From assembly GCA_044892505.1 (NCBI GenBank), contig CM097882.1, forward strand, positions 407,278,001 through 407,342,000: 64,000 bases of DNA, written 5' to 3'. The position numbers and the translations under genes are program-made. Below are positions 50,915 to 62,078 of this stretch, in pieces; within the stretch, counting starts at the first letter, position 1; the number at the start of each line of letters is the position of its first letter. The stretch is from Schmidtea nova. Lineage: Eukaryota. Below the pieces are notes generated by a model, which was not told where the DNA came from, ran no database searches, and saw nothing but the letters and a program-made list of their open reading frames with translations.

Positions 50915-51490
50915 TTATTTATAAATATATCGTTGTGTACGTGTACAAAATTTAGTTTCAAAATTATTTACATCTGAATTATTACTCGGAATATTATTCA
51001 TTGTAATATTATTCATCGGAATACTAGTATTTGTCGGAATATTATTCTTTGGAATATTTGAAATCTTCTCCAGCCGTATGGATGCCGATAACATCAGTAT
51101 AATTATTAATATAAATAAACTTATATAATGTAAAACAATTGCTGTTTTATCGTTTTCCACTGTTTGATTTTGATTTTGATATCTGACTTCATATTCTTTT
51201 TTAACAATAGTTTGATTTATACATTTTAATCGTTCAACTATTTTCATCATTATTTTGTTAATCATTTTTTCAATATCTTTATTTATCACATTATTTTTGG
51301 AAGGACATTGATTACATTGCAATTTTATTTGATTGCATTCAATGTTTGAGTAAAGACATATATCGTTATAACTCGCGCAAGTACTATCTTGTTTTCGAAA
51401 CGGATGGGATGATTGACAATCTTCCAAAGCTTGTTCTCCTTCAGTATTGTCAACACATAATAATAATAAAATAACTATAAATAATTTCAT
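50915..51490 (-). CDS. Type I membrane protein (signal peptide, Cys-rich ectodomain, TM)
   Basis: MKLFIVILLLLCVDNTEG signal peptide, several Cys, TM segment IVLHYISLFILIIILMLSA. Confidence 0.75.
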   Translation of the reverse strand: MKLFIVILLLLCVDNTEGEQALEDCQSSHPFRKQDSTCASYNDICLYSNIECNQIKLQCNQCPSKNNVINKDIEKMINKIMMKIVERLKCINQTIVKKEYEVRYQNQNQTVENDKTAIVLHYISLFILIIILMLSASIRLEKISNIPKNNIPTNTSIPMNNITMNNIPSNNSDVNNFETKFCTRTQRYIYK

Positions 51491-51554
51491 TTTAAAAACA
51501 AAAACTAATATAAAAACTAAATTTGTTCATACTAAAATATTTATTAAAAAACAA

Positions 51555-51971
51555 TTATGCGTATCTTGCATTGTCAACTCTCCAAATCGGAGTAACAACA
51601 TCTTTTTTATCAATCTTGTACCCTTGAATAATAACTGTAACGAACCAGTGTTCTTGATCCATGAAATCAATAGTCTGAAAAGCATCATGGAACCGAGTTT
51701 TTCTGTTATTGATGTACATTGTTTCTTTACAAGCCAAATTAACATTCATCTTTGAAAATAATCGATTTAATGCGATAATATCTTCCTTGGCAATAACTAC
51801 AGCAAGACTGTCATATAACGATTTTGTTAACTTTACCGGAAATGATAATCGATACGGTATTTCATTAACCAAAAAATAAAGTCGGCTGTCATAATACATC
51901 TGAACTGGTTTTACCTCAGTCTGATATATTTTTTCATCGCATATATCCAAATTTTGTTTTCGAGATTGCAT
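51555..51971 (-). CDS. Conserved Polinton hypothetical protein
   Basis: Intact ORF with diverged homologues at about 22370-22640 and 28267-28674. Confidence 0.8.
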   Translation of the reverse strand: MQSRKQNLDICDEKIYQTEVKPVQMYYDSRLYFLVNEIPYRLSFPVKLTKSLYDSLAVVIAKEDIIALNRLFSKMNVNLACKETMYINNRKTRFHDAFQTIDFMDQEHWFVTVIIQGYKIDKKDVVTPIWRVDNARYA

Positions 51972-52255
51972 GTTTTAAATAGTGACAATATTTTTTAAAA
52001 TGTCTTTGTATTTATACTGATGACTGGATGTCTTTGTCCAATCATATTCATGCATTTGTTTTGCACACAGTATGCACATGTATTGCAATGTCTTTGTTGT
52101 ATGCATGCATGTATGTATTAATTATTTATTTATTTATTATGAAGCTTTTTCATATAAAAACAATCACAGAATAAGTTCTACGTCCAGGGTTCTGTTTGCA
52201 ATGTTCTGCTACTAATGTATTTACTTATTTGTTTATTTCACAATTATTTTTATTA

Positions 52256-52296
<41 letters not shown>

Positions 52297-52523
52297 CTTT
52301 CATACAACACTTTCTTACTAATTATTTAATAAAAAAACTAATTACTATTTTATATAGTTAATAAAAAACTACTAATAAAAAATGTTTTACTCAAAAAGTA
52401 TTACTAATATTTAAATAAAAACTGAAATAAAAAAAAAATAAAAACTAAAATGAATAAAAAAACTTTTATTAATCTAAAATAACAAAAATGACAAAACTAA
52501 ATACATTAAACATGCAAATCAAA

Positions 52524-53192
52524 TTATTGTTCGGCGTTTTCTTTTTCTTTTTCTTCTTCTTCTTCTTCTTCTTCTTCTTCTTCTACTTCCTCCTCCTCTT
52601 CTACAACACCACCATCAGCCTGTCGATGGCATTCGGCACAATCCGGTGATTGTGGCGATTCCATACAATCATTAGATTCATCGGATGGATACGGACCATC
52701 GAGTGTTGGTGCTTCCAAATCTGTTGTTGTTGTTGTTGTTGTTTCATCTGCATCAATCGGCTCCGGAGTTGAATTGGGCCAGGTTTCCTTGATTTGCTCT
52801 TCTTCCTCATCGATTTTGTCCATTTGTTGGACTTCATATAATCTGAGGGAATTCCTCAACACCCAAATATTAAACTGTCGAATACGTTCGACGCAGCTCC
52901 CGCATTGGTACGCACAGATAATGTGCTCGGGTACCCTTGGGAGATCCGTATTCTGGCTCGTCATGTGATCGAGCACAATCTGGTTTATATCGATTCCCGT
53001 CAAGATCATTATCTTGTACGGGAACATCTCCGGAGCCGTGTAGACCAGAGCCGGCATAAGATTTGGGAACAGTTCCTCCAATTTCCGATATAACACGTTC
53101 ATTAATTTATCTAAAATAATAATAATATAAAATATGAAAAATAAATAATTAAAATCCTTACGGCTTTTAATTAAAGTTTGGGTCATCGACAT
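52524..53192 (-). CDS. Acidic, Cys-containing hypothetical protein, probable 51-nt intron (53111-53161)
   Basis: CAYQCGSC and CAECH motifs, poly-Thr and poly-Glu tracts. GTAAGG...TTTTAG segment near the 5' end. Confidence 0.7.
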   Translation of the reverse strand: MSMTQTLIKSRKDFNYLFFIFYIIIILDKLMNVLYRKLEELFPNLMPALVYTAPEMFPYKIMILTGIDINQIVLDHMTSQNTDLPRVPEHIICAYQCGSCVERIRQFNIWVLRNSLRLYEVQQMDKIDEEEEQIKETWPNSTPEPIDADETTTTTTTDLEAPTLDGPYPSDESNDCMESPQSPDCAECHRQADGGVVEEEEEVEEEEEEEEEEEKEKENAEQ

Positions 53193-53367
53193 AATTGTGA
53201 ATATAAACTATGTGAGATTGTTCATAGTATATATATCAAAGAAACACACATGATTTGAAACACACATGATGAACCAATCAGAATGAAGCATGCACAACAT
53301 GTCTTTATTCTATCGATACACACAGAGCCAATCAGAATCGTGCATTTCTAATGCATCGATATTGCAG

Positions 53368-53835
53368 TCATGAGTCACATGTTAGTATGAAATCAACAAA
53401 GGCTTTATCTTCTATAATTGATTTTATATCGTAAATAATATCATCAACTATAGTACTATAGTCTTTGTTTTTTAATCCTAATATGACTATTTTTCCGCTT
53501 GCAAATATATTTACACACATGGGATTATATTTGATATATCTCAAAGCTGGAAATAATTCTGGCTCGTAAACACATGGTATTAATTTCGATAATTCATTCA
53601 AATTACAAATAAATCCTAAATCCGCAGTTACAGTTATCGATTGTATCTTTAAATCATAAAACTCAACTTGTTCGTCACTAATAAATTCCCTGCATCCCAT
53701 TATTCTATATCTTCCTGATTTAAAGTATATTATTGGGTATTTTCCACTTCGATCTACAATTTGCTGGGGTTTTCCATTTGGAAATTTCATGTGCGATACA
53801 TCGGTCTTACCCTTGTAATTAATGTTTCTAATCAT
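53368..53835 (-). CDS. TATA-box-binding protein (TBP)-like
   Basis: IQSITVTADLG...NLNEL...YEPELFPAL...IFASGKIVILG is a TBP repeat. A degenerate first repeat reads IRNIN...YFKSGRYRIMG. Confidence 0.88.
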   Translation of the reverse strand: MIRNINYKGKTDVSHMKFPNGKPQQIVDRSGKYPIIYFKSGRYRIMGCREFISDEQVEFYDLKIQSITVTADLGFICNLNELSKLIPCVYEPELFPALRYIKYNPMCVNIFASGKIVILGLKNKDYSTIVDDIIYDIKSIIEDKAFVDFILTCDS

Positions 53836-53928
53836 TACTGAAAATATTTTTAAATGAAATTATTACTTTGATAACCGTTATTTAAAACAAATATAAACAA
53901 TAATATTAAGAAAATATAATTTTTAAAT

Positions 53929-54552
53929 ATGGAATTAAGAAATGATGCAGTGTTTCAAATTGTTGGTCCGAGCGGGAGTGGAAAAACTTTATTTGTTTGT
54001 AAATTATTGCAATCGAAATTATTCAAGTCGAAATTTAATAATATTTATTGGCATAGGGGTGCTGACGACGAAAGTGGAATGACACAAGATCAGTTTTGTA
54101 AAATAAAAATGACAATCATTAAAGGTTTCGATAAAAACTGGTCATCTAGATTAAAACATGGTGATGTGATTATCATTGACGACTTGTATCAAGAAGCAAA
54201 TAAAGAAAAGGATTTCAATAACTTATTTACGAAAATCAGTAGACATAAAGGTGTTACTGTTATTTTTATAACTCAGAATTTATTTCATCAGGGCGGTAGT
54301 CATCGTACTCGTAATTTAAATGTTCAATATCTTGTTGTTTTTAAAAATCCTAGAGATGCAACAGTTATTGATTTTCTGGCAAGACAAGCTTATCCTTCTA
54401 ATCGTAACTTTTTGATTGAAGCCTTTCAAGATGCTACAAAATCTCCTCATGGATATATTTTCCTTGATTTTACTCAACAATGCAGTGATGATTTAAGGGT
54501 TAGAACTGATATTTTTAACAGTGAAGGAGCCATGGTTTATAAACAAAGTTAA
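53929..54552 (+). CDS. A32/FtsK-like packaging ATPase
   Basis: Walker A GPSGSGKT, Walker B IIIDDL, SRH, FITQNLF, RT.NLN.QY.V.FKNPRD. Confidence 0.95.
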   Translation: MELRNDAVFQIVGPSGSGKTLFVCKLLQSKLFKSKFNNIYWHRGADDESGMTQDQFCKIKMTIIKGFDKNWSSRLKHGDVIIIDDLYQEANKEKDFNNLFTKISRHKGVTVIFITQNLFHQGGSHRTRNLNVQYLVVFKNPRDATVIDFLARQAYPSNRNFLIEAFQDATKSPHGYIFLDFTQQCSDDLRVRTDIFNSEGAMVYKQS

Positions 54553-54572
54553 TTCTGTTTGCAATCGTAATC

Positions 54573-55091
54573 ATGTTAATGAAATCTCGAGTAAAGTTTG
54601 AGCCATTGATAAAGGCTAGAACAAAGAAAGCTGGAAAGAAAACAAAGAAACTATTTACAAAGAAATCTATAAAGAAATCAAGAAAGAAATCCAAGAAAAT
54701 ACTTATGGATAATATTCCCAAAAATAATCAAATTAAATTGAAATCTAATGCTAAACAAACACATCATCGGAGTTTACCGTTTTTTAATGCATTACTTAAA
54801 GCCCCTTCCGTTAGAAGAATGGGTATTCTTCAATCGTTTCCTAGTTACGTCATCGATGATTTACTCTCTATTTTAATTAAAGTCGTGCGAGGTAAAATGA
54901 ATCTAACTCCATCTAATCGTCGTGTTTTGAACAAGCATAAAAAACCATTGTTGTCGCTAGTAAACTCAAAAAATAAAAAACTTATGCGCAAAGTAATATA
55001 TAAACAACAAGGTGGTTTTATCGCAGCATTGTTACCATTAGCATTATCTTTATTGGGAGGTGCTGGTTTATTGGGAAAAAGAAAGTCATAA
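54573..55091 (+). CDS. Basic Polinton core/membrane-lytic-like protein
   Basis: Lys-rich N-terminus. C-terminal QQGGF followed by amphipathic IAALLPLALSLLGG. Confidence 0.8.
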   Translation: MLMKSRVKFEPLIKARTKKAGKKTKKLFTKKSIKKSRKKSKKILMDNIPKNNQIKLKSNAKQTHHRSLPFFNALLKAPSVRRMGILQSFPSYVIDDLLSILIKVVRGKMNLTPSNRRVLNKHKKPLLSLVNSKNKKLMRKVIYKQQGGFIAALLPLALSLLGGAGLLGKRKS

Positions 55092-55094
55092 ACA

Positions 55095-55316
55095 ATGGGT
55101 CAATCATTACCTAATTTAAATTTAAATTTTAAATCTTCTTGTTGTAATGGAGAAGATCTGGACGAACCCAAAAGACGACGCCGGTTTCGGTGGAGTCGAA
55201 AAGCTAAGGAAAAAAGCACAGAAGTCGAAACAACAGACACAAAGTTGGTTATCGGGGCAACTTGCATACAGTCTAAACAAACCGATGCTGAAACGGTTTC
55301 CAACTCGAGCATATAA
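55095..55316 (+). CDS. Small overprinted ORF, possibly lipid-anchored
   Basis: MGQSL...SSCC...KRRRRFRW. Starts 4 nt after the upstream stop and overlaps the integrase in another frame. Confidence 0.45.
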   Translation: MGQSLPNLNLNFKSSCCNGEDLDEPKRRRRFRWSRKAKEKSTEVETTDTKLVIGATCIQSKQTDAETVSNSSI

Positions 55317-56192
55317 AACATATAGAATCAATGATTTGTGGCAAATGGACTTGATGGAAATGATTCCGTATTCCAAAATTAACAAGGGGTACAAGTATAT
55401 TTTAACATGTATTGATGTTTACAGTAGATTTGCTCGAGCAATTGGAGTCAAATCAAAATCTGCTAATGATATGGCAATTGCTATCAAGACAATGATGAAA
55501 AAGGATCGGCCAACTAATTTACAAACCGATTTGGGTAAATTTTAATTTAAATTTATAAATTTAATATTTTTTTAGGAAAGGAATTTTACAACAGTAAAGT
55601 CAAGGAAGTAATCAAGGGAATAAATCATTATTCGGTATTCTCACAATTCAAAGCCGCTCATGTCGAGAGATTTAATCGAACTTTGCGTGATCGATTGAAA
55701 AAATACTTTGTTTTTAAAGGCAATAAAACCTGGATTAATGTCTTACCTCAATTGATTCATAGTTATAATCATAGTGCTCATCGGGGTATAAATGGCAGGA
55801 AACCGGCAGAAGTAGTTGATACTGAAAATATTGTGAGTGAAGTGAAAGTAAAGAAACCAAAATATAAAGTTGATGATCATGTTCGAATTAGCAAGATTAG
55901 TACATCGCCATTCGTTAAAAATTTTGATAATAATTGGAGTGATGAGGTATATCAAATATCGAAAGTCAACACAGTGCAGAATCCTGTCATGTATACTATT
56001 CGTGACTCTGATAACAATATAATCAGTGGCAAATTCTACGAACAAGAATTACAAGTTATTCCTAAACCTACGATATTTAGAATTCAAAAGATTTTGAAGA
56101 CTAAAATGGTGGGTAAGGATAAACAATACTATGTTAAATGGCATGGATATAAAGAACCATCATGGATCTCGTCAAAAAATCTAGTAAAGTGA
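55147..56192 (+). CDS. Polinton retroviral-type integrase with C-terminal chromodomain, two exons (intron 55535-55575)
   Basis: LWQMDL, YILTCIDVYSRFA, TDLG/KEFY restored by splicing, HVERFNRTL, YYVKWHGY...SW. Spliced length 334 aa. Confidence 0.93.
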
Positions 56193-57205
56193 ATTTTTAC
56201 ACTATTTTACCGAGCAATAGTTGTCCGAATATCCATCCGGATAATACTGCAAGTAAATTCATGGTGAATTTACCTAATCCAATTTATTTAAACGGAAATT
56301 GGGAAGTTGCTCTAATGGATTTTACATTTGTTTACCAACCTTTTCCATTTTATAGTCAATGTCAAAATTATTACACACAAAAGGAAAAAACTGTTGCAAA
56401 TGCGTTTTTCTCGATATATAATAATAGTGGCCATCTGAATGTTCCAAATCACACAATTGATCCAGATATCGAATTGTGGCAACGAGGTGGAAAAATAATT
56501 CTCACGTGTAATATTGTTCCGTATACAATTACATTTAACGATCTTGATGTAGCAAAACGAATGGGAAGTAATAAACTGACAATAACATGTAATGAAGAAG
56601 AATGTTCATTTCCAGTTTCGAAAAACTTGGCCAGTAACGAAGAAGAAATAATAACTTTTAATGTATCGTATTATCGTGATGTAGAGCATGTATTCACATT
56701 CAAGGAGGATTTGTATATAACGCATCTAGATGAATTACAGAAATATATTAGCGATAATTGTTCGTATATTTTTACAGTTGTCGAATTAAATAAATTGTTC
56801 AAATTCAAACTCAAAGATTTAATCACTAAAGTTCGATTTGATAAATACTTGGTGAATACATTGGGATTAGATAAGGATAAATTTACAGATAAAAATATCA
56901 TTTCTGGTGTTCGTCAACCGAAAATATCTAAACTTCATCAGCAATTATTCGTGTATACAAACATTATCGAACCCATTATTGTTGGTGATTCTTTGGTTCC
57001 TTTACTAAAATCGGTATGGATTGAAAAATACGATGCTGATGAAATTGTTCAAATAGTAATGGATAATCCAATGTATTTATCTGTTTCAACATCCTGTATA
57101 AACAATATAGAAATAAATATCCGGGATGACAGCGGAAGATTTATAAAATTTCCAAAAGATTCAAAAACTCACTTAACTCTACATTTTCGAAAAATCGATG
57201 AGTAA
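56162..57205 (+). CDS. Polinton minor capsid protein (penton)
   Basis: FYTILPSNS...NT.S.F.V.LP.PI.L.G.WEVAL; LFVYTNIIEP..VGD..VPLL; IEINIRDD.G..I.F; LHFR. Confidence 0.92.
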   Translation: MDLVKKSSKVNFYTILPSNSCPNIHPDNTASKFMVNLPNPIYLNGNWEVALMDFTFVYQPFPFYSQCQNYYTQKEKTVANAFFSIYNNSGHLNVPNHTIDPDIELWQRGGKIILTCNIVPYTITFNDLDVAKRMGSNKLTITCNEEECSFPVSKNLASNEEEIITFNVSYYRDVEHVFTFKEDLYITHLDELQKYISDNCSYIFTVVELNKLFKFKLKDLITKVRFDKYLVNTLGLDKDKFTDKNIISGVRQPKISKLHQQLFVYTNIIEPIIVGDSLVPLLKSVWIEKYDADEIVQIVMDNPMYLSVSTSCINNIEINIRDDSGRFIKFPKDSKTHLTLHFRKIDE

Positions 57206-57581
57206 TCCCGATATAGTTTCAATGTACAGTGATAGCCAAACTGGTGGCGAATTACCGTATTTTGTCGGTAAACAGTACGGATCAGGTTGGTTGAAAACTA
57301 TTGGGAGATTTGCACTTCCAATTCTTAGACGACTAGGTAATTTCGGAATGAATACTGCCAAGGACGTTATCATGAAAGATAATAAAATATTACCGTCATT
57401 GAAAACCAATGCTTTGGCCGCAGTTAATAAAGCTATACCTGCTGTAACACAAATGCTTCCTACAATTACAAGTATGTTTACAAAAAATAAGGAACCGGAA
57501 TCTGTACCGGTAGGACCAAGACGTAAACGAAAGCGTATAAACAAACGAATGAAAGGTCATGGAACTATATTTGAAGAATGA
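57198..57581 (+). CDS. Polinton basic core-like protein
   Basis: QTGG, QYGSG and KGHG adenain-type sites. Stop overlaps the capsid start (ATGA). Confidence 0.82.
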   Translation: MSNPDIVSMYSDSQTGGELPYFVGKQYGSGWLKTIGRFALPILRRLGNFGMNTAKDVIMKDNKILPSLKTNALAAVNKAIPAVTQMLPTITSMFTKNKEPESVPVGPRRKRKRINKRMKGHGTIFEE

Positions 57582-58541
57582 TTTGCGGTAAATCTGAATT
57601 ATGTCTTTATGATCGACCATCACCTCAAGCAGTTATTGAATATGGGGCGTTTGAAGATGTGTTTCCAATGAATTCAATTACAGATAGTAGAAATGATGTC
57701 GAATTTTACATTAATGGTTCTCAAACCGAATATTTGGATTTGAACGATACATTATTGTCCGTTACAATCAAAGTTGTTGATAAAGATAAAAAAGCTCTAG
57801 CCGATGCGAGTGATGTAGTTCCCAATAATTATTTGTTTCATACACTTTTCAAAGATGTAATTCTCGGATTTAATAATATAAAAATCGAGGGTGGAAACAA
57901 TACATATGCACACAAGGCAATAATCGAAACTATTTTAAATTATACGAATGATGCTAAAGAAACATGTCTTACTCCAATGGGATATGGTTCAGCTGACGAT
58001 CGGAAAAAATGGATCAAGGGATCTAAACTTTTCAACATGTGTTCGTCATTACAACTGGATTTTATGGATCAACCTAAATACTTACTTCCCGGAGTTAATG
58101 TACATATTAGATTGAAGCGATCTGATTCTGCATTATCATTGAAATCGGTAGCTGGGAAACCAGTTATCCAAATAGTTGATGCAAAATTAATGGTAAGAAG
58201 AGTTCGATGTGATTCTTCAGTATTGGCCGGTCATCAAATTGGATTAAATAAAAAACATGCAATTTATCCATTAAAATCAAAAGAAATCGTATCGTTTGCA
58301 ATCGGTAAAGGGGCATCGTCATTTTACAAGGAGCAGATATTTGGAGATAGACGAATGCCTAATTTCATTCTTGTGGCTTTTCAATCCGAAAATCAATATA
58401 ACGGATCTTATACCGAGTCAACATCTACATTCAAACATTTTAATGTGACTTCATTAACATTGTCGAAAAATACCGATTATCGTGAAACATATACCCAGGA
58501 TTTTGAAAATGATAATTTTAGTGCATCATATATGCAAAGTC
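57578..58541 (+). CDS. Polinton major capsid protein, truncated by insertion of copy C
   Basis: Closely similar to 34720-35680. Similarity stops exactly at ...ATGCAAAGTC (58541). Confidence 0.93.
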
Positions 58542-58650
58542 AGTAGGTAGATGTGTGGAGTCAAACACAAAGAAATGAGTCATAATGCGTGGGCGTAAAA
58601 ATTCAAACAAAGACTTTTTAGTTACCGAGCCCCCCCCCGGGGGGGGGGGG

Positions 58651-59300
58651 GGTTCGCGCCAAAATTTTTTTTCGCGCCAAAAATTTTTTTTTCAAATTTT
58701 TTTTTCGCGCCAAAAATTTTTTTTCAAATTTTTTTTTTCGCGCCAAAAATTTTTTTTTCAAATTTTTTTTTCGCGCCAAAAATTTTTTTCAAATTTTTTT
58801 TTCGCCCCAAAATTTTTTTTTTAAAATTTTTTTTGCTCCAAAATTTTTTTTAACACAAATTTTTTTAACCCAAATTTTTTTCACACATTTTTTTAACACA
58901 AATTTTTTTAACACAAATTTTTTTTTAACACATTTTTTACACACAAATTTTTTAACACAAATTTTTTTAACACATTTTTTTTTGACACAAATTTTTTTAA
59001 CACAAATTTTTTTTTAACACAAATTTTTTTAACAAATTTTTTTTTTAACAAATTTTTTTTTAACACAAATATGAGTCATCGAAAACTTTGCAACACGTGT
59101 GGAGTCAAACACAAAGAAATGCGTGGGCGTAAAAATTCAAACAAAGACTTTTTAGTTACCGAGCCCCCGGGGGGGGGGGGGGGGTTCGCGCCAAAATTGT
59201 TTTTTTTCAAATTTTTTTTTTCGCGCCAAAAATTTTTTTTTCAAATTTTTTTTTTCGCGCCAAAAATTTTTTTTTCAAATTTTTTTTTTCGCGCCAAAAA
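58651..59300. promoter_or_regulatory. Two arrays of E2F-type TTCGCGCCAAA sites
   Basis: Five copies plus one variant at 58651-58810 and four copies at 59185-59300, with about 30-35 bp spacing. Confidence 0.6.
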
Positions 59301-59989
59301 TTTTTTTTTTAAAATTTTTTTGCTCCAAAATTTTTTTTTTTCAAAATTTTTTTAACAAATTTTTTTAACACAAATTTTTTATTTTTTACAAAAATTTTTT
59401 AATTTAAGACAATTTTTTCTTTTTAGACAAATTTTTTCTTTTTACAAAAATTTTTTAATTAAGGACAAATTTTTTATTACACAAAATTAGAGTCATCAAA
59501 AATATTTGCAACAGGTGTGCAAACTAAACAAAGACATTGTTGTATGTGTGCATGTTGAATTAATTATTATTTGTCAAGTATGAAGCTTTTGCACATCAAA
59601 ACCATCACAGAAGAGGTTCTGCTTCCAGGGTTCTGATCGCAATGTTCTGCTTCCAGGGTTCTGATCGCAATGTTCTGCTACTAATATTGTTATTTATTCA
59701 TTTAATTATTATTATTATTATTATTATCTTTCAAACTATACAAAGACTTTGCAACACGCGTGCAAGTTAACAAAGACATTGCAACACACGTGCAAGGACT
59801 TTGCAACACGCGTGCTTTTGCACATCAAAACCATCACAGAAGAGGTTCTGCTTCCAGGGTTCTGATCGCAATGTTCTGCTTCCAGGGTCCTGATCGCAAT
59901 GTTCTGCTACTATTATTGTTATTTATTCATTTAATTATTATTATTATTATTATCTTTCAAACTATACAAAGACTTTGCAACACGCGTGC

Positions 59990-61756
59990 AAGTTAACAAA
60001 GACATTGCAACACACGTGCAAGGACTTTGCAACACGCGTGCAACATGAACAAAGACATTGATACACGCGTGCAACATGAACAAAGACATTGCAATACACA
60101 TGCAAACTAAACAAGGACAAAACTAAACAAAGACATTGCAAGTTAACAAGGACTTTGCAACACGCGTGCAACATGAACAAAGACTTTACAATACATATGC
60201 AAGTTAAACAAAGACATTTCAATGCCAAAAACTAAACAAAGACATTTCATTGCTTTATTTCATAACAAAGACATTTCAATGCCAAAAAACTAAACAAAGA
60301 CATTTCATTGCCAAAAAACTAAACAAAGACATTTCATTGTCAAAAGAAAAAAAAAACTAAACAAAGACATTTCATTGCCAAATTTCATAACAAAGACATT
60401 TCAATGCCAAGAAACTAAACAAAGACATTTCAATGCCAAATTTCATAACAAAGACATTTCAATGCCAAATTTCATAACAAAGACATTTCAATGCCAAAAA
60501 ACTAAACAAAGACATTTCAATGCCAAATTTCATAACAAAGACATTTCAATGCCAAAAAACTAAACAAAGACATTTCAATGCCAAATTTCATAACAAAGAC
60601 ATTTCAATGCCAAAAATCTAAACAAAGACATTTCAATGTCAAATTCCTTAACAAAGACATTTCATTGTCAAATTTCATAACAAAGACAATTCATTGCCAA
60701 AAAAAAAACAAAACAAAGACAATTTATTGCCAAAAAAAAAACTAAACAAAGACATATCAATACCAAAATACCTAAACAGAGACACGAACATTTACTAGCA
60801 GAACATTTACTATCAGAACATCTTTTGTGATGGTTTTTATCTGTCAAAGCTTATTACTCGAACATTTATTACAATTCAAAGATTATATATGTACTCTTAA
60901 ACATAGAATCTTTTCATAACAAAGACATATCATTGCCAAAACATCTAAACAAAGACATTTCAATACCAAAAACATCTTAACAAAGACATTTCAATGCCAA
61001 AATAACTAAACAAAGACATTGTAANNNNNNNNNNNNNNNNNNNNNNNNNNNNNNNNNNNNNNNNNNNNNNNNNNNNNNNNNNNNNNNNNNNNNNNNNNNN
61101 NNNNNNNNNNNNNNNNNNNNNNNNNNNNNNNNNNNNNNNNNNNNNNNNNNNNNNNNNNNNNNNNNNNNNNNNNNNNNNNNNNNNNNNNNNNNNNNNNNNN
61201 NNNNNNNNNNNNNNNNNNNNNNNNNNNNNNNNNNNNNNNNNNNNNNNNNNNNNAATACCAAAACACTNNNNNNNNNNNNNNNNNNNNNNNNNNNNNNNNN
61301 NNNNNNNNNNNNNNNNNNNNNNNNNNNNNNNNNNNNNNNNNNNNNNNNNNNNNNNNNNNNNNNNNNNNNNNNNNNNNNNNNNNNNNNNNNNNNNNNNNNN
61401 NNNNNNNNNATTGCAATACATATGCAAGTTAACAAAGACAAAGTAATGTAGATACTAGTTAACAAAGACATNNNNNNNNNNNNNNNNNNNNNNNNNNNNN
61501 NNNNNNNNNNNNNNNNNNNNNNNNNNNNNNNNNNNNNNNNNNNNNNNNNNNNNNNNNNNNNNNNNNNNNNNNNNNNNNNNNNNNNNNNNNNNNNNNNNNN
61601 NNNNNNNNNNNNNNNNNNNNNNNNNNNNNNNNNNNNNNNNNNNNNNNNNNNNNNNNGGATTCAAAACTTTTTTAAACAAAGACATTGTAATGCTAAAACA
61701 TCTTAACAAAGATATTGCAATACAGATACTGGTTAACAAAGACACACATGCAATTT

Positions 61757-61792
<36 letters not shown>

Positions 61793-62045
61793 CCCATTTT
61801 GACACTGCAATCCATGTGCAAACTAAACAAAGACTTTGCAATACACGTACAAGACTTTGCAATACACGTGCAACATGAACAAAGAAACAAAGACATTGCA
61901 ATATAGATGCAAGTTAACAAAGACATTGCAATGTGGATACAAGTTAACAAAGACATACATGCAAGTTAATAAAAAATATTCAAAAATATTAAAGGGTTCA
62001 AAAATTTTTTAAACTATATAAATAGCATGCGAAAGATATTTGAGA

Positions 62046-62078
<33 letters not shown>

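Larger units (their letters stand above)
50129..58541 (+). mobile_element. Polinton/Maverick copy B, left half with open genes
   Basis: Starts AGTAGGTAGATGTGTGGAG. Encodes ATPase, integrase, penton, core and major capsid genes. Truncated by copy C. Confidence 0.96.

Noticed and set aside
50301-59355. Phe/Lys-rich ORFs 50301-50492, 50339-50605, 58585-58824 and 59071-59355
   Set aside because: They are translations of T-rich terminal repeats.
8234-61745. ORFs containing long X runs
   Set aside because: Artefacts of N stretches.
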